Shown: positions 51,015 to 63,214 of the stretch, one piece after another
Position numbering within the stretch: the first letter of the stretch is position 1
How the letters are laid out: each line of letters begins with the position of its first letter
Assembly (NCBI RefSeq): GCF_037042905.1
Contig: NC_087251.1
Coordinates: forward strand, 46,192,001-46,256,000
Reading direction: 5' to 3'
DNA length: 64,000 nucleotides
DNA from: Lytechinus pictus
Taxonomy: Eukaryota
Position numbers and translations under genes: made by a program
The notes under the pieces: model-generated
What the model was told of the DNA's origin: nothing
The model's database searches: none
What the model saw: only the letters and a program-made list of their open reading frames with translations

Positions 51015-51466
51015 GTAAGTCCAATAAGCATTTAACTTCAGAGCAGAATATGCAAAATTTGTGATAACAACATTTTCTAAGTTGAATTTCATCTAAGTCA
51101 AACAGATTTCCTTAGTCCCGAGAGATTTGACATAGGCAGAGTCAGATTTAGGAATACCTCTTAATAGGATCATATCCCTCTTCCACAGAATTTGTTATTC
51201 GATACCAGGTTTTGGCCGTGTTATCTGGTACATCCCAGATCCCACCATTTACTCATTCCTAACCACTTTTCAGCTTCTTTTTCAATCTCATTTCATGTAG
51301 AATAATTTTGAAGTATGTTTTTATATTGATATAATTGAAAATCAGAAGATTCTCCAATATGAAAAATGGACAGATATGTGATATCAAGTTTGACAAACTT
51401 ACCTGTCATTGGGACCACCATTTAATAATTTTAGAAATTCTGTCATGTTTTGATTTCTTTTCTCAG

Positions 51467-52143
51467 GGAATCTGCAGAAACAAGTGGTAATGCGACAGAG
51501 TCAACAAATGGGGCAGAATCGCAGCAAGTCAAGCAATTCCTCCAGAAATCAGCAAACACAAAGCAGAAGACAGAGCAAGAGGAAGACTCGAAGCACAGAC
51601 TCCTCCAAAGGCCCTTCGGAATACAGCTCCATGGCTTCCTCCTCCCTGCTTAAGTCACCTGAGATGATGTTCTCCCTCCCCAACGGGTCGGACAGTTCCA
51701 CCCCTCTGTCGGGGGGACCGGACTCCAAGGCCGAAATGAACGATTCTTGCTTTGGGTTCGAAGGACTGTTGTCCCCGCCCCAGCAGCAGCCGTTGCCATT
51801 CTCTCCAGTCCTCCCTGAGTCCCCAACCTACATGGTAGACAGTCTTGCCACGTCTCCTACTCTAAACCGCAAGGAGGAGGTCGAGGAAGATGAGGTGGAC
51901 GTCCAGGATGCGCCCCTTTCCCCATCACCATCGGACAACCTTGTCCTGAGATTGTCTCCCTCGCCAGAACGGGCCATACCAGAATCCTCATCCATGTACT
52001 CCTCTATGGATTCCAAGTCACATGCATCATCGAGGGGAGGTCAGAAGAGGAAGGTCGATGTCAAGCTTACAAGTCTCATCCACAAAGAAGATGAAAAGGT
52101 CCCTCCAAAGAAAACAGTGAAAAGGAGAAAAACGCAAAAGAAG
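51467..52143 (+). CDS. CDCA5: Sororin coding exon 5 with FGF motif and many SP/TP sites
   Basis: Acceptor TTTCTTTTCTCAG, donor AAG|GTAATT. Encodes SCFGFEGLL, the Pds5-binding FGF motif context of sororin, and a polybasic KKTVKRRKTQKK. Confidence 0.92.
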
Positions 52144-52598
52144 GTAATTGAGATTTACTTTGAATTAGACTTGCATAAGGCGAATATTTTCCCAGTCAAA
52201 CCAGTTTTTTAGACCAGTTGCCCATTTAAAAAAACTTGTTACAATAACAATTATGCTATAGCTGTTTACAGCTGCTAAAATCATTCAAAGTGATTGGCTG
52301 ATAGTGAACTTGTTTACTCTAAATTATGCATTTGTGTAACAGGACCCAGACTGTGCAAAACATGGTATACATGTGATCCCTAAGGATTTGACTTTGGCAA
52401 TCTTGATTGTTTTCAAGTCGGCCATTATGTTGTTATTTCTTGCCCCCCTTTTTTTTTGGGGGGGGGGGGGGGGTCGGAGGGGGACATCTAAAAAATAAAT
52501 AGGTAATTAACATTTTTCGTTCCTGGACCTGATTTTTCCCATTTAAAGACTCAAGCCAGTGCCATAGCTGCTGGTGGGATTAGTCTGCTGTGCACACC

Positions 52599-52933
52599 TA
52601 GTCTGCTGGCACAGACCCTGATTGAAACTTTGATCAACAAGTTGGTCTCCACGCACAGACTAACACATACAATACTGTTTCCTGAGTGAGAGGGCCTTCA
52701 GTATACAAGGCATTAGTAGGATGCACGTTGCCACATTCAGACCCTCAAACTCAACTAGTGCAAACCCTTCTCTTGAGGAAAGTGGTCTGAATATGCATTC
52801 TAAGGCCCCTGCCAATGACTTGTGTACAGAAGGTCCTTTTGTTCAACAGAAAGATGTATTCGTGCTACATTGTAGTCTTTTGTGAAGACCCATGTGGATC
52901 TAAGTTTCAATAAGGGTCTGTGCATGCAGACTA
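52599..52933. mobile_element. MITE with ~37-bp TIRs
   Basis: TAGTCTGCTGGCACAGACCCTGATTGAAACTTTGATC pairs with GATCTAAGTTTCAATAAGGGTCTGTGCATGCAGACTA. Confidence 0.8.
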
Positions 52934-53704
52934 CATGTAGGGGCAATGTAATTATCTAATGGTAAATGGAGGGCAGGTTCTTACATGTACATGTAAAGAC
53001 ATTAAAGAAAAATGAAAAATAGTGTCATGCAAAGTTTTTTTTTTTAATGATGAAGTGATAAGAAGCTTCATTTTTTGCATTATGCTCCGTAATGTTACTG
53101 GATACATACATGTACATAATATATATATATATACTGTATACAGTATAATGTACTTATGTACAGTTTGATGAATATTTTATACCCTTGGCAATTTAGAGAA
53201 TGAAGACTAATTAAATACAAATGGAAAGTATAATATTTTAGGTTATCAATTTATGATTTTGTATTTAAAAACACAATTGATCACTTTTTGTGAAAAAAAT
53301 GAAAATTCCCAAAATTCCCGGCAGCTGAAAATTCCCGAAACTTTCCATGGAAATTTTCCAAAATTTCCGGAAAGTTTCCAGCTCTTTGCAACCCTACTTC
53401 TGTTATCATCTCTTCCTATTTCAGTACACCTTGCATTAACATGTAAGCCTTTTTAGGCATGCCCCACGGCCATTGTATTGAGGAACACAAATTGTATTTC
53501 TTAAAACTGTCTTGATTATTAGTTGTTAATAGTTTGTTGTATCTATCATCTCATTGATGAGCTTCTTTCTGCTGCTAAATAATGATGTACATGATATTAT
53601 TTTTTTTTGTTTTTTGGATTGTTTATCGGCCTATTTGGCTTGTGGAATGGTGTTGAATTGAATTAAATCTTGTTTTCCTTTTTATTTTTTTGTTCTCATT
53701 GCAG

Positions 53705-53782
53705 AAAGAAGAGGATGCCTGGACCATGAAGATGAGCACAGAGTTTGATGATATTGATATGTTTGAGCTAACAGTGGAATGA
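53705..53782 (+). CDS. CDCA5: Sororin last coding exon (KEEDAWTMKMSTEFDDIDMFELTVE*)
   Basis: Acceptor TTCTCATTGCAG in phase 0. W..xM..EF....F.L.VE-stop matches the conserved sororin C-terminal motif. The spliced product is ~370-383 aa. Confidence 0.93.
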   Translation, partial: KEEDAWTMKMSTEFDDIDMFELTVE

Positions 53783-53823
53783 ACATGTATTGGATACTAC
53801 CATAAGTCTTGGGTACAAGGACA

Positions 53824-54009
53824 TAGTCTGCATGCACAGACTCAAAGTTAACACTTTAACAAGCTATACCATGTCTGGAGTGAAGACTAGACTCCAAACT
53901 GTCTGTGTCTGATAAGAAGCAGTTTCAGTGCATTAGTGAATCTAGTCCAACTACTTCAGAGTCGGCATCATTCACTATGCGTAAACCAAAGGTCTGTGCC
54001 TGCAGACTA
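53824..54009. mobile_element. Small MITE just after the sororin stop codon
   Basis: TAGTCTGCATGCACAGAC / GTCTGTGCCTGCAGACTA termini, the same TIR family as 52599-52933. Confidence 0.7.
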
Positions 54010-54684
54010 GCTAGGACACGTGTCAGGTGATTATAGGAACATTCTTTTCTGCACACATTTCAATTTTGTAATGTCTTGGAAGAAGCCCTCCCACTTTATA
54101 CACCATGGTCAAAAGATGTAAAAGTCGAACAGTGGGAACGAGGTTGCCTGCTGTTTACTGTTAACAAAGGTCTGTGCCTGCAGACTAGCTAGGACACGTG
54201 TCAGGTGATTATGGGAACATTCCTTTCTGCACACATTTCAAATTTGCAATGTCTTGGAAGAAGCCCTCCCACTACACCATGGTCATAAGATGTAAAAGTC
54301 GAACAGTGTGAACGAGGTTGCCTGCTGTTAACTGTTAACAAAGGTCTGTGCCTGCAGACTAGCTACATGTAGGACACGTGTCAGGTGATTATGGGAACAT
54401 TCCTTTCTGCACACATTTCAATTTTGCAATGTCTTGGAAGAAGCCCTCCCACCTACACCATGGTCAAAAGATGTAAAAGTCGAACAGTGGGAACGAGGTT
54501 GCCTGCTGTTAACTGTTAACAAAGGTCTGTGCCTGCAGACTAGCTAGGACACGTGTCAGGTGATTATGGGAACATTCCTTTCTGCACACATTTCAATTTT
54601 GCAATGTCTTGGAAGAAGCCCTCCCACCATGGTCAAAAGATGTAAAGGTCGAAGGATGGGAACGAGGTTGCCTGCTGTTAACTG
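53988..54684 (+). repeat. Four tandem ~175-180-bp repeats in the presumed 3'UTR
   Basis: AAAGGTCTGTGCCTGCAGACTAGCTA recurs at ~53988, 54166, 54340 and 54521. Confidence 0.93.
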
Positions 54685-56068
54685 TGTGCATGCATGTACT
54701 TTATATTCTGTGATATGGATCAGTGAATGTTTCTCATGTTCTGCTTCCTAAAATATATAAAGTAGATTATAGTCTAGAATGCAGTTTTCTTTTTCATTTT
54801 TGTAAATACTTAATGTCATGTACAGTCTAACAAGTATATGATTTGATAAGAGAAGAGTATAAATCCAACAAGCATAACACAGAGAATATCAGATGTTTTT
54901 ATACTTTTCACTTCATTTTACAAGATCAATTATATTATATATGTGATGTATGCAAATGAGAGAGCAGAAGACATTGTACACTTACTATTCCATACCTATT
55001 TCATTACGTGAATTATGAAATAGTTTGATTTTTTTTATTCATTTCAATTTGTTTTTTATGAAGAATGTGGAAATAGCGATAGAGAAGCACTTGATTGAAT
55101 CAAAAGAAATTCCAACTGGTTATTCCAAGAGGAGTCAAACCATGCTTTACATAAAAGGAAGAAAAAATTGTAATCTTTGGTTTTATTTGGATAAATAAAA
55201 TAGAGACAAAACAGAGTTCATTTTCATTTTCAGTGCTATAATTATTAAATTCTGCTTTATTTGATCAACCATTCAACTTCCTGTTGAGGGCTTTACACAT
55301 ATTTTGTATAATAAACCAATTCATTGTAGTTTGTCTTAATAGGCCAGTCTTGTCTTGTCAGTGATCTCTACTGAAGATCAGTGAAGAAGAAAAAAGGAAA
55401 CAGTTCCTGCATATTGTTTATGTATTAATGAAGGATTATGATGTTTTTTGGTTTTTTTAACAAATCACTATCATGCTATGAAATGGGTCACAGTATTTTT
55501 TTTCCATGTGACACTGTATGTGTCATTCTAGTTACTTGATTGAGCTTAGAATGTGTTTATAATCATCAGCGGAGTGAGATTGTGTTGTACATAGACTTGA
55601 ACAATCATTAATCAAAGGTTTGTGATTGAATGATTAAAGATAAATGAATGTGGTTGAAGTAAACACTGATTCCATGGGAAAGTCAGTAAATCCATGGCTA
55701 GATGTGACTATATCATCAGATTTAGATATGGTATAGTTACATAAGTTGAACTCTGTGAAATGATGAAATCTAATCTGAAAATGTACCACAAAGATAAGCA
55801 TATGTGGGACAGTTTATTATTATTGATAATTTTTCAGCAATTACAGAATTTCTTTGACACATATTTTTCTATTTTTACATACAGATACTTGTGAAGTCAT
55901 TTTATTGGATTCTGTATGATCTAGTTTTGACTTGCATATATCTTTTTGACAGGCTATCAGGACCATTACAGTCATATAAGAGGTTATAGAATGAAAAAAA
56001 AGTATACAAATGTATAAAGAAATGTAGTTCTTTTAAGATTGGTTGACTTGCTTTGATTTTCATTTGTG

Positions 56069-57411
56069 TTTTTGTCTCGCCTGCATAGCAGAGCGAGACT
56101 ATAGGCGCCGCTTTTCCGACGGCGGCGGCGGCGTCAACATCAAATCTTAACCTAAGGTTAAGTTTTTGAAATGACATCATAACTTAGAAAGTATATGGAC
56201 CTAGTTCATGAAACTTGGACATAAGGTTAATCAAGTATTACTGAACATCCTGCCTGAGTTCCAGGTCACATGACCAAGGTCAAAGGTCATTTAGGGTCAA
56301 TGAACTTAGACCATGTTGGGAAAATTATTTTCAAAATCTTAACCGAAGGTTAAGTTTTTGAAATGACATCATAACTTAGAAAGTATATGGACCTAGTTCA
56401 TGAAACTTGGGCATAAGGTTAATCAAGTATTAGTGAACATCCTGCTCGAGTTTCAGGTCACGTGACCAAGGTCAAATGTCATTTAGGGTCAATGAACTTT
56501 GGTCAAGTTGGGGGTATTTGTTGAATTACTATCATAACTTTGAAAATATATGGATCTAGTCCATGAAACTTGGACATGAGGTTAATCAAGTATTAGTGAA
56601 CATCCTGCTTGAGTTTCAGGTCACATGACCAAGGTCAAAGGTCATTTAGGGTCAATGAACTTTGGCCAAGTTGGGGGTATTTGTTGAATTACCATCATAA
56701 CTTTGAAAATTTATGGATCTAGTTTATGAAACTTGGACATTAGGTTAATCAAGTACCACTGAATATCCTGTGCGAGTTTCAGGTCACATGACCATGGTCA
56801 ATGGTCATTTAAGGTCAATGAACTTTGACCGTGTTGGGGGTATTTGTTAAATTACCATCCTAACTCTGAAAGTTTATGGATCTAGTTAATAAAACTTGGA
56901 CATAAGAGTAATCAAGTATCACTGAACATCCTGTACGAGTTTCAGGTCACATGACCATGGTCAAAGGTCATTCAAGGTCAATGAACTTTGGCCGTGTTGG
57001 GGGTATTTGTTGAATTACCATCCTAACTCTGAAAGTTTATGGATCTAGTTCATAAAACTTGGGATATAAGAGTAATCAAGCATCACTGAACATCTCCTGT
57101 GAGTTTCAGGTCACAAAACCAAGTCAAAGGTCAGTTAAGGTCAATAAACGTAGGCCATGTTGGGGTAATTGTTGAAGTGCCATCATAACTTTGAAAGTTT
57201 ATGGATAGAGTGAATGAAATGTGGACATGGGTGTAGTTGACAGTCTTAAGTCTCCGTTCAAATGTCATTTATGGTCAATGAACGTGGTATTATGTCATTA
57301 TATGAATGATGTTTTTGTGAATGATTATTTTATAGTAGTTTTCAAAGTTAGCACTGCTGCTATATTAAATTGCGTAATGCAGGCGAGACTGCCAGAGGCG
57401 TTCCACTTGTT
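56069..57411 (+). mobile_element. Non-autonomous Helentron/DINE-type element with a ~180-bp internal satellite
   Basis: T-run start, subterminal inverted repeat GTCTCGCCTGCA / TGCAGGCGAGAC, (CGG)n tract, about six units (CATAACTT..GAAACTTGG..CAGGTCACATGACCAAGGTCAAAGGTCA), and a CTTGTT end. Confidence 0.85.
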
Positions 57412-58312
57412 ATGACATATGTTCTTAAATCAATGAACTTCATTTACTGGTGATGTTTTATGTGTACATGCCCACCGTTCTTTTTTTTATAGTATTGGAG
57501 GCTTATTTAAATTGAAATTGACTTAATTTGTAATGTTACGATGATGTAACTCCGGTTTGCTATCAAAGCTAAATGATATACATGTTATATATATTTTGCC
57601 TAGTGATGCTTGTAGGTGGATTTGAATACATTTTTACTTGGTCTGGGAAGTGAGCAAGGAGAGTGGGGGGGCTGACCATGCAAAAAATCACAATCGTATG
57701 GTCATTTTTACGTTTTTGTACATGGTTTTGGAAAAAAGTGGGGGGGGCTGAAGCCCCCCCCCCCCCCCAGCCCCCCCGCTTCCGCGGCCCCTGCATGTAG
57801 CCTCACCAAACTCATATCTTGTGGTCATGATAAGATAATAGAAATCTGAGTCGGGTTTGAAAAGTCAATGAAATTATAATAAACAACACTTTTCATTTTA
57901 AAGGTAGATTTATCAAGTTCATACCCATGGTATCCAGTGAAGAATTGGGTAAAGTCATGATAATCATTATAAAATAGGGCTCAAAGGTTGCAAATCTTCA
58001 TCTTAGAATTTAAAAGGGCATGCCGTCTCTAGTATGCTCTTTAAGGCCAAAAGGTAAAGGTCACTATTTTTTGGCGCAAAATTCAGTTCTGTACATTCAC
58101 TGAGGTGGATACAAGTGCTATAGAAGTGACCACAATGATTATTATCATTTATTCTTATTATCACTTTCTCAGTCTTGTGCCTTTTAAGTATATGTTACAG
58201 TAGAGCATTGTATTTAGAAAGACAAGATAATGAATTTGTCTAGTCATAGAATCACTACCACATTGTTAGATTAGGCATTGTCAATCTTAATGATAAGATG
58301 AGCTACCAGTAC

Positions 58313-58578
58313 CAGGGCCCCGTCTTTCAAAGAGTTGATTGATCCGATCAATCACAACTATGGAAAGCTAGCAACGTCAACATCTAAAATGCATGTTTGT
58401 TCAAATTATTTTCTTACTGTAATGTATATTCACTATTGTTTACTTGAAAATTCACTGTGCTTCTCTTTGTTTTTAGGACATTATGCAAATTTCCTGTTAA
58501 AAAAATTATGACATTGATGGATTTCCATAGAGTTACGATTGATTTGATCAATGGTAACTCTTGATAAGATGGTGCCCA
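58313..58578. mobile_element. Diverged GGGCCCCGT-type MITE; relatives at ~26505, 33135, 37843, 43330 and 52340
   Basis: GGGCCCCGTCTTTCAAAGAGTT..GATTGATC pairs with GATCAATGGTAACTCTTGATAAGATGGTGCCC. Confidence 0.65.
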
Positions 58579-59939
58579 GATGTAAATTGCATATTCATGT
58601 ATGTTTAAGTTCAGGGGTTATAGTTAATGCGTTTCACAAGAGTTAAATGTGACTAAAATGCTGACACATACTAAACATTTTGTATGCAATTTTAATTTTT
58701 AATACCCAGTTGTGCGTGCATCTTGATTTGACCAAAGTCGTGATGCATTTTATACCCTTTCAACTTGGAATTTGAGTGTGACTCTAAGTCATAATCAACC
58801 CTTTGTGAAACTCCCCCTGTATGTCTACATAAAGATTATGTGATTAATAGAATCTGCATTCAAACAAGGGCAAAAGAGATGTATTTTGAATATTTTGAGT
58901 ATTGTTTAGATATGTGATAAAAAGAAATTACAGAAGAATGGAAAAAGAAGGAAATGATCATGCTTGATTAAAAAAGAAATTAACTTTTATATCCTTTTTT
59001 TAAGGTATCAAATAACGAAAATCACTTTTGTAATTTTTTGATGTATCATATATATGAACAAATATTATTTTGAGAATGAAGGAATGCCTTGTCTTGTGAT
59101 AACATATAAAAAGAATATTACGCTTCTTGTTTTGTACATTCAAACAGTCAACTACTGAGGGACACCATAATAATATTGTAAATACAGCTAAAATATGACC
59201 TACCATATTTTGTAAATAAATGAGCACATAAAAATAACATATATATTCATCAGTTCTCCCATTGTCTTATTCACGGTCTTTTTCTCTCTGCGTCTTATGC
59301 CAGTCTAAGCATATAGCCAATTGAAAATATTAATCAGGATTAGCTATTATCTATTCAAATTTTTGTGGCTGTTTTGATTTAGATCAAGTTATATTTTGGT
59401 TGGTCTTGACCTTTAAATTCCAAGTCAAATCAACATGTAATGTCAAGTCGACTGGATAAACAAGATATATATACTCTGGAATTGAAACAAAAAATCATAA
59501 GAACGATAAAAGTTACATCCAAATGATTTTTATTTCAAAAGAACCAGAGCATTTTTCATGGAATGTGTTACACGAATAGGAAGTTGATGATGTCATTAAC
59601 TTACTTTTATGAAGTTCTCAAATATGTAATTTGTGTGTTTGAGCTTGCCACCTTCAAAAACAACACTGCAAGGATTGCTGAGAAATAGGCAAGTGGTAGT
59701 ATTGCATGAGTCTTTGGGAATGTTGCATTGCATTGCATTTGATTAGCCAAATTTATAATGTATGATTTATAAGTGTAAATTGGAATGAGAACAAATCCTT
59801 TATAATAAATGTCTGAAAGGGGATTTCCCGAACAATTGGAATATGAATTGGAATTTAATTAGTGATTAGACGATGGGGTAGAGATGGGGTTCTCGTGAGT
59901 GAAACCTGTTTACTTTACACTAACACATCTTCAATACCA

Positions 59940-61433
59940 TTTTTATACGCCCGTCTCGACGGGACGTAGTATATGGTATCACACTCGGTGTCCGTCCGTC
60001 TGTCTGTCCGTCCGTTAACTTTTCCTAGTAAACGCGATAACTTCAGTTTAACTTAACCTAGGCTCATATAATTTGGTGTGTATGATACTAGCATGGATCC
60101 CAGGAAGCCTATTGATTTTGAGGTCAAAAGGTCACAGTGACGTATTTTCATCTTACCCTGCTGCAGTCCTTGTAAACGCGATAACTTCAGTTTAACTTAA
60201 CATAGGCTCATATAATTTGGTGTGTATGATACTAGCATGGATCCCAGGATATCTGTTGATTTTGAGGTCAAAAGGTCAAAGGTCAAGGTCACAGTTACAT
60301 GTTTGCATCTTACCCTTCTGAAGTCTTTGTAAACGCGATAACTTCAGTAACTTAACCTAGTCTCATATAATTTGGTGTGTTTGATACTAGCATGGATCCA
60401 AGGAAGTCTATTGATTTTGAGGTCAAAATGTCAAAGGTCAAGGTCACAGTGACATGTTTTCACCTTACCCTACTGCAGTCCTTGTAAACGCGATAACTTC
60501 AGTTTAACTTAAACTAGTCTCATATAATTTGGTGTGTATAATACTAGCATGGATCACAGGAAGTCTATTGATTTTTAGGTCAAAAGGTCAAAGGTCAAGG
60601 TCACAGTGACATGTTTTCACCTTACCCTGCTGCAGTCCTTGTTAACGCGATAACTACAGTTTGCCTTAACCTAGGCTCATATCATTTGGTGTGTAGCATG
60701 GATCCCAGGAAGCCTATTGATTTTGAGGTCAAAAAGTCAAAGGTCAAGGTCACAGTGACATGTTTTCACCTTACCCTGCTGCAGTCCTTGTTAACGCGAT
60801 AACTACAGTTTGCCTTAACCTAGGCTCATATCATTTGGTGTGTAGCATGGATCCCAGGAAGCCTATTGATTTTGAGGTCAAAAAGTCAAAGGTCAAGGTC
60901 ACAGTGACATGTTTTCACCTTACCCTGCTGCAGTCCTTGTTAACGCGATAACTACAGTTTGCCTTAACCTAGGCTCATATAATTTGGTGTGTTTGATACT
61001 AGCATGGATCCCAGGAAGCCTATTGATTTTGAGGTCAAAAAGTCAAAGGTCAAGGTCACAGTGACATGTTTTCACCTTACCCTGCTGCAGTCCTTGTTAA
61101 CGCGATAACTACAGTTTGCCTTAACCTAGGCTCATATCATTTGGTGTGTAGCATGGATCACAGGAAGCCTATTGATTTTGAGGTCAAAAGGTCAAAGGTC
61201 AAGGTCACAGTGACATGTTTTTACCTTACCCTGCTGCAGTCCTTGTAAACGCGATAACTTTAGTTTACCTTAACCTTTATGCTCATATAATTTGGTTTGT
61301 ATGATACTAGCATAGATCTCAGGAATTCTATTGATATTGAGGTAAGACAATCAAAGGTGAAGTCGCCACCTTCCACTTTTCTTGCTTGATGAATTATATT
61401 GTATTATGTGCTCGCCTTAGCGACACTCTTGTT
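59940..61433 (+). mobile_element. Non-autonomous Helentron/DINE-type element with a ~149/156-bp internal satellite (~9 units)
   Basis: T-run start, 5' hairpin CCCGTC-TC-GACGGG, (GTCY)n tract, AACGCGATAACT recurring every 145-156 bp from ~60031 to ~61248, 3' hairpin GTGCTCGC-CTTA-GCGACAC, and a CTTGTT end. Confidence 0.88.
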
Positions 61434-63214
61434 GGATTCCTTATGATTTTCCTTTCGGAAAAACAAACTTTTTTGTACGGATAGACCAAAAATATTTGTA
61501 AAGTTATGACCACTTTTTTACTGACTACTCCATTTTCAAATATGGGAGAGGGGCGAATTAAAAATATATGTCCATCAGGACGTATTAGTTCCTGTATTAT
61601 TGAATCGTCCCAGCGGGAGTTTTTTTTTATAAAGTTTATGCAGTCAAATGCTTGACACTTTCCCACTCGATTGCATACGACTTATAAAACTTTGCGGAAG
61701 TCGAAGTTCTGAATCTTTTGGATAACCATTTTATTTGGCTTCTGACAGGAGGAGTAGAAGTTAATAGGTTCTCGATTCGTCATAGCGCCCCCTGTCTTTC
61801 TTATTTTTCATTTGACCGAATGTTGCGTTTCTCACAATGTAAAACAGCGATCACCTTTATGGAAGGAAATAAAACAATTTTATTTTCTATTGAATTTTCC
61901 ACAAAAAAATCCGACAGATTTGAAAATGTTTCCTTGCCACATTTATTACAAAATTACTAATGGATAAAAAAAAGATTTGGGAGTTGTTCGCTGGTTCGCG
62001 GATTACAATAATTAGCAAAGTGTCGGAAACTTATAGCACCGTCAAAATGTTTACCCTTTGTGTTTACCTCCTCGCCCTAAAAAACAAACAGAAGAAAAGC
62101 TTTTCCCTCTATCTAAGTTAATGTGAAAAAATTGTCATCACTAATTTCCAAACAAAAAGAGGATAGAGGGTTTCGTAGAAGAAGTAATCCATCTATAGAT
62201 ATCATGTTGTCCAGATTGGTGTCCTTCATGGGTAATGATACGGTTATGAAGCATTATGGCGCCCCTGCCATCGCCTCCTAACTATAATAACGTAATATCC
62301 ATAACACAAAAAGCAATGGACGAAGCAGTCAAGCGTGGAAATACAATCCGAATTTCGATTTATAAAACGCAAAAAATAACTCGCCCATTTGCGCATGAAA
62401 CGAAAGGAAAAATTACGCTGAAATAAATTGGTAGAGATTAGTCTAAAAAAATCGACTAAATCCCTTGCAAAAGTTGGTAAAGCTGTATGTGTGACATTTT
62501 TGTAGTGATGACTTTTTTTTCGTTTTGTGCATTTCCTTTATTTGAGCCGAAAAGAGTATTATTTCTATTGTCAAAAATTTAAAAAATTATGAAAATATGA
62601 AATCCTGTGTCCGCCCCTGGTATACGTACCGTTCCCCGAATATATTGAGAATTTAAACCAAGCACATGTAATTTTCTGCATGGGAAAACAAATTCAAAAC
62701 AAATCTTTTTTTGATCACCCCCACTAGCGTACCTAGGGGGGCAGGGGGCAGACTGCCCCCCCCCCCTGACGAGTCACAAGCAAAAAAAAAAGAAGCGAAA
62801 AAATGGAAAGAAAAAAGAAAAGAGGAAAAGGAAAGAGAAAAAAGGGGGAAGGGGAAAAGGGAGAAAGAGTTTAAGAGAAATAGGAAAACAAAAACAGGAC
62901 TGCAGACTGTCGGATACAATGATAACTGTCGGGCACACGGGGCTGTTCCAACAGAATCGTTTTTTTAGTTTAACCATCTTTGTCGGTAAATGTCAATTAA
63001 ACTGTACACTTTTATCAGTAAATTGTGATTTTTACGCAATTCGACTTTTAGAGCTCTCTGTACCGATAGTAAGAACGAACTGGGCTGACCAGGGACAGGG
63101 TAAAGGTAGAGAACAACTTTTAGGTAATATATATTGTACTGAATGTACTGTGCACACATCGGCTTACTGGAAATGCAAGAATCAAGTAGAAGGCGTTTAA
63201 CAAACCAGTCTAGG

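Noticed and set aside
52144..52212. C-terminal VIEIYFELDLHKANIFPVKPVF of the 242-aa ORF
   Set aside because: Intron read-through past the AAG|GTAATT donor. The conserved sororin C-terminus is in 53705-53782.
60611..61248. Three near-identical 60-63-aa ORFs
   Set aside because: Translations of satellite units within the Helentron-type element.
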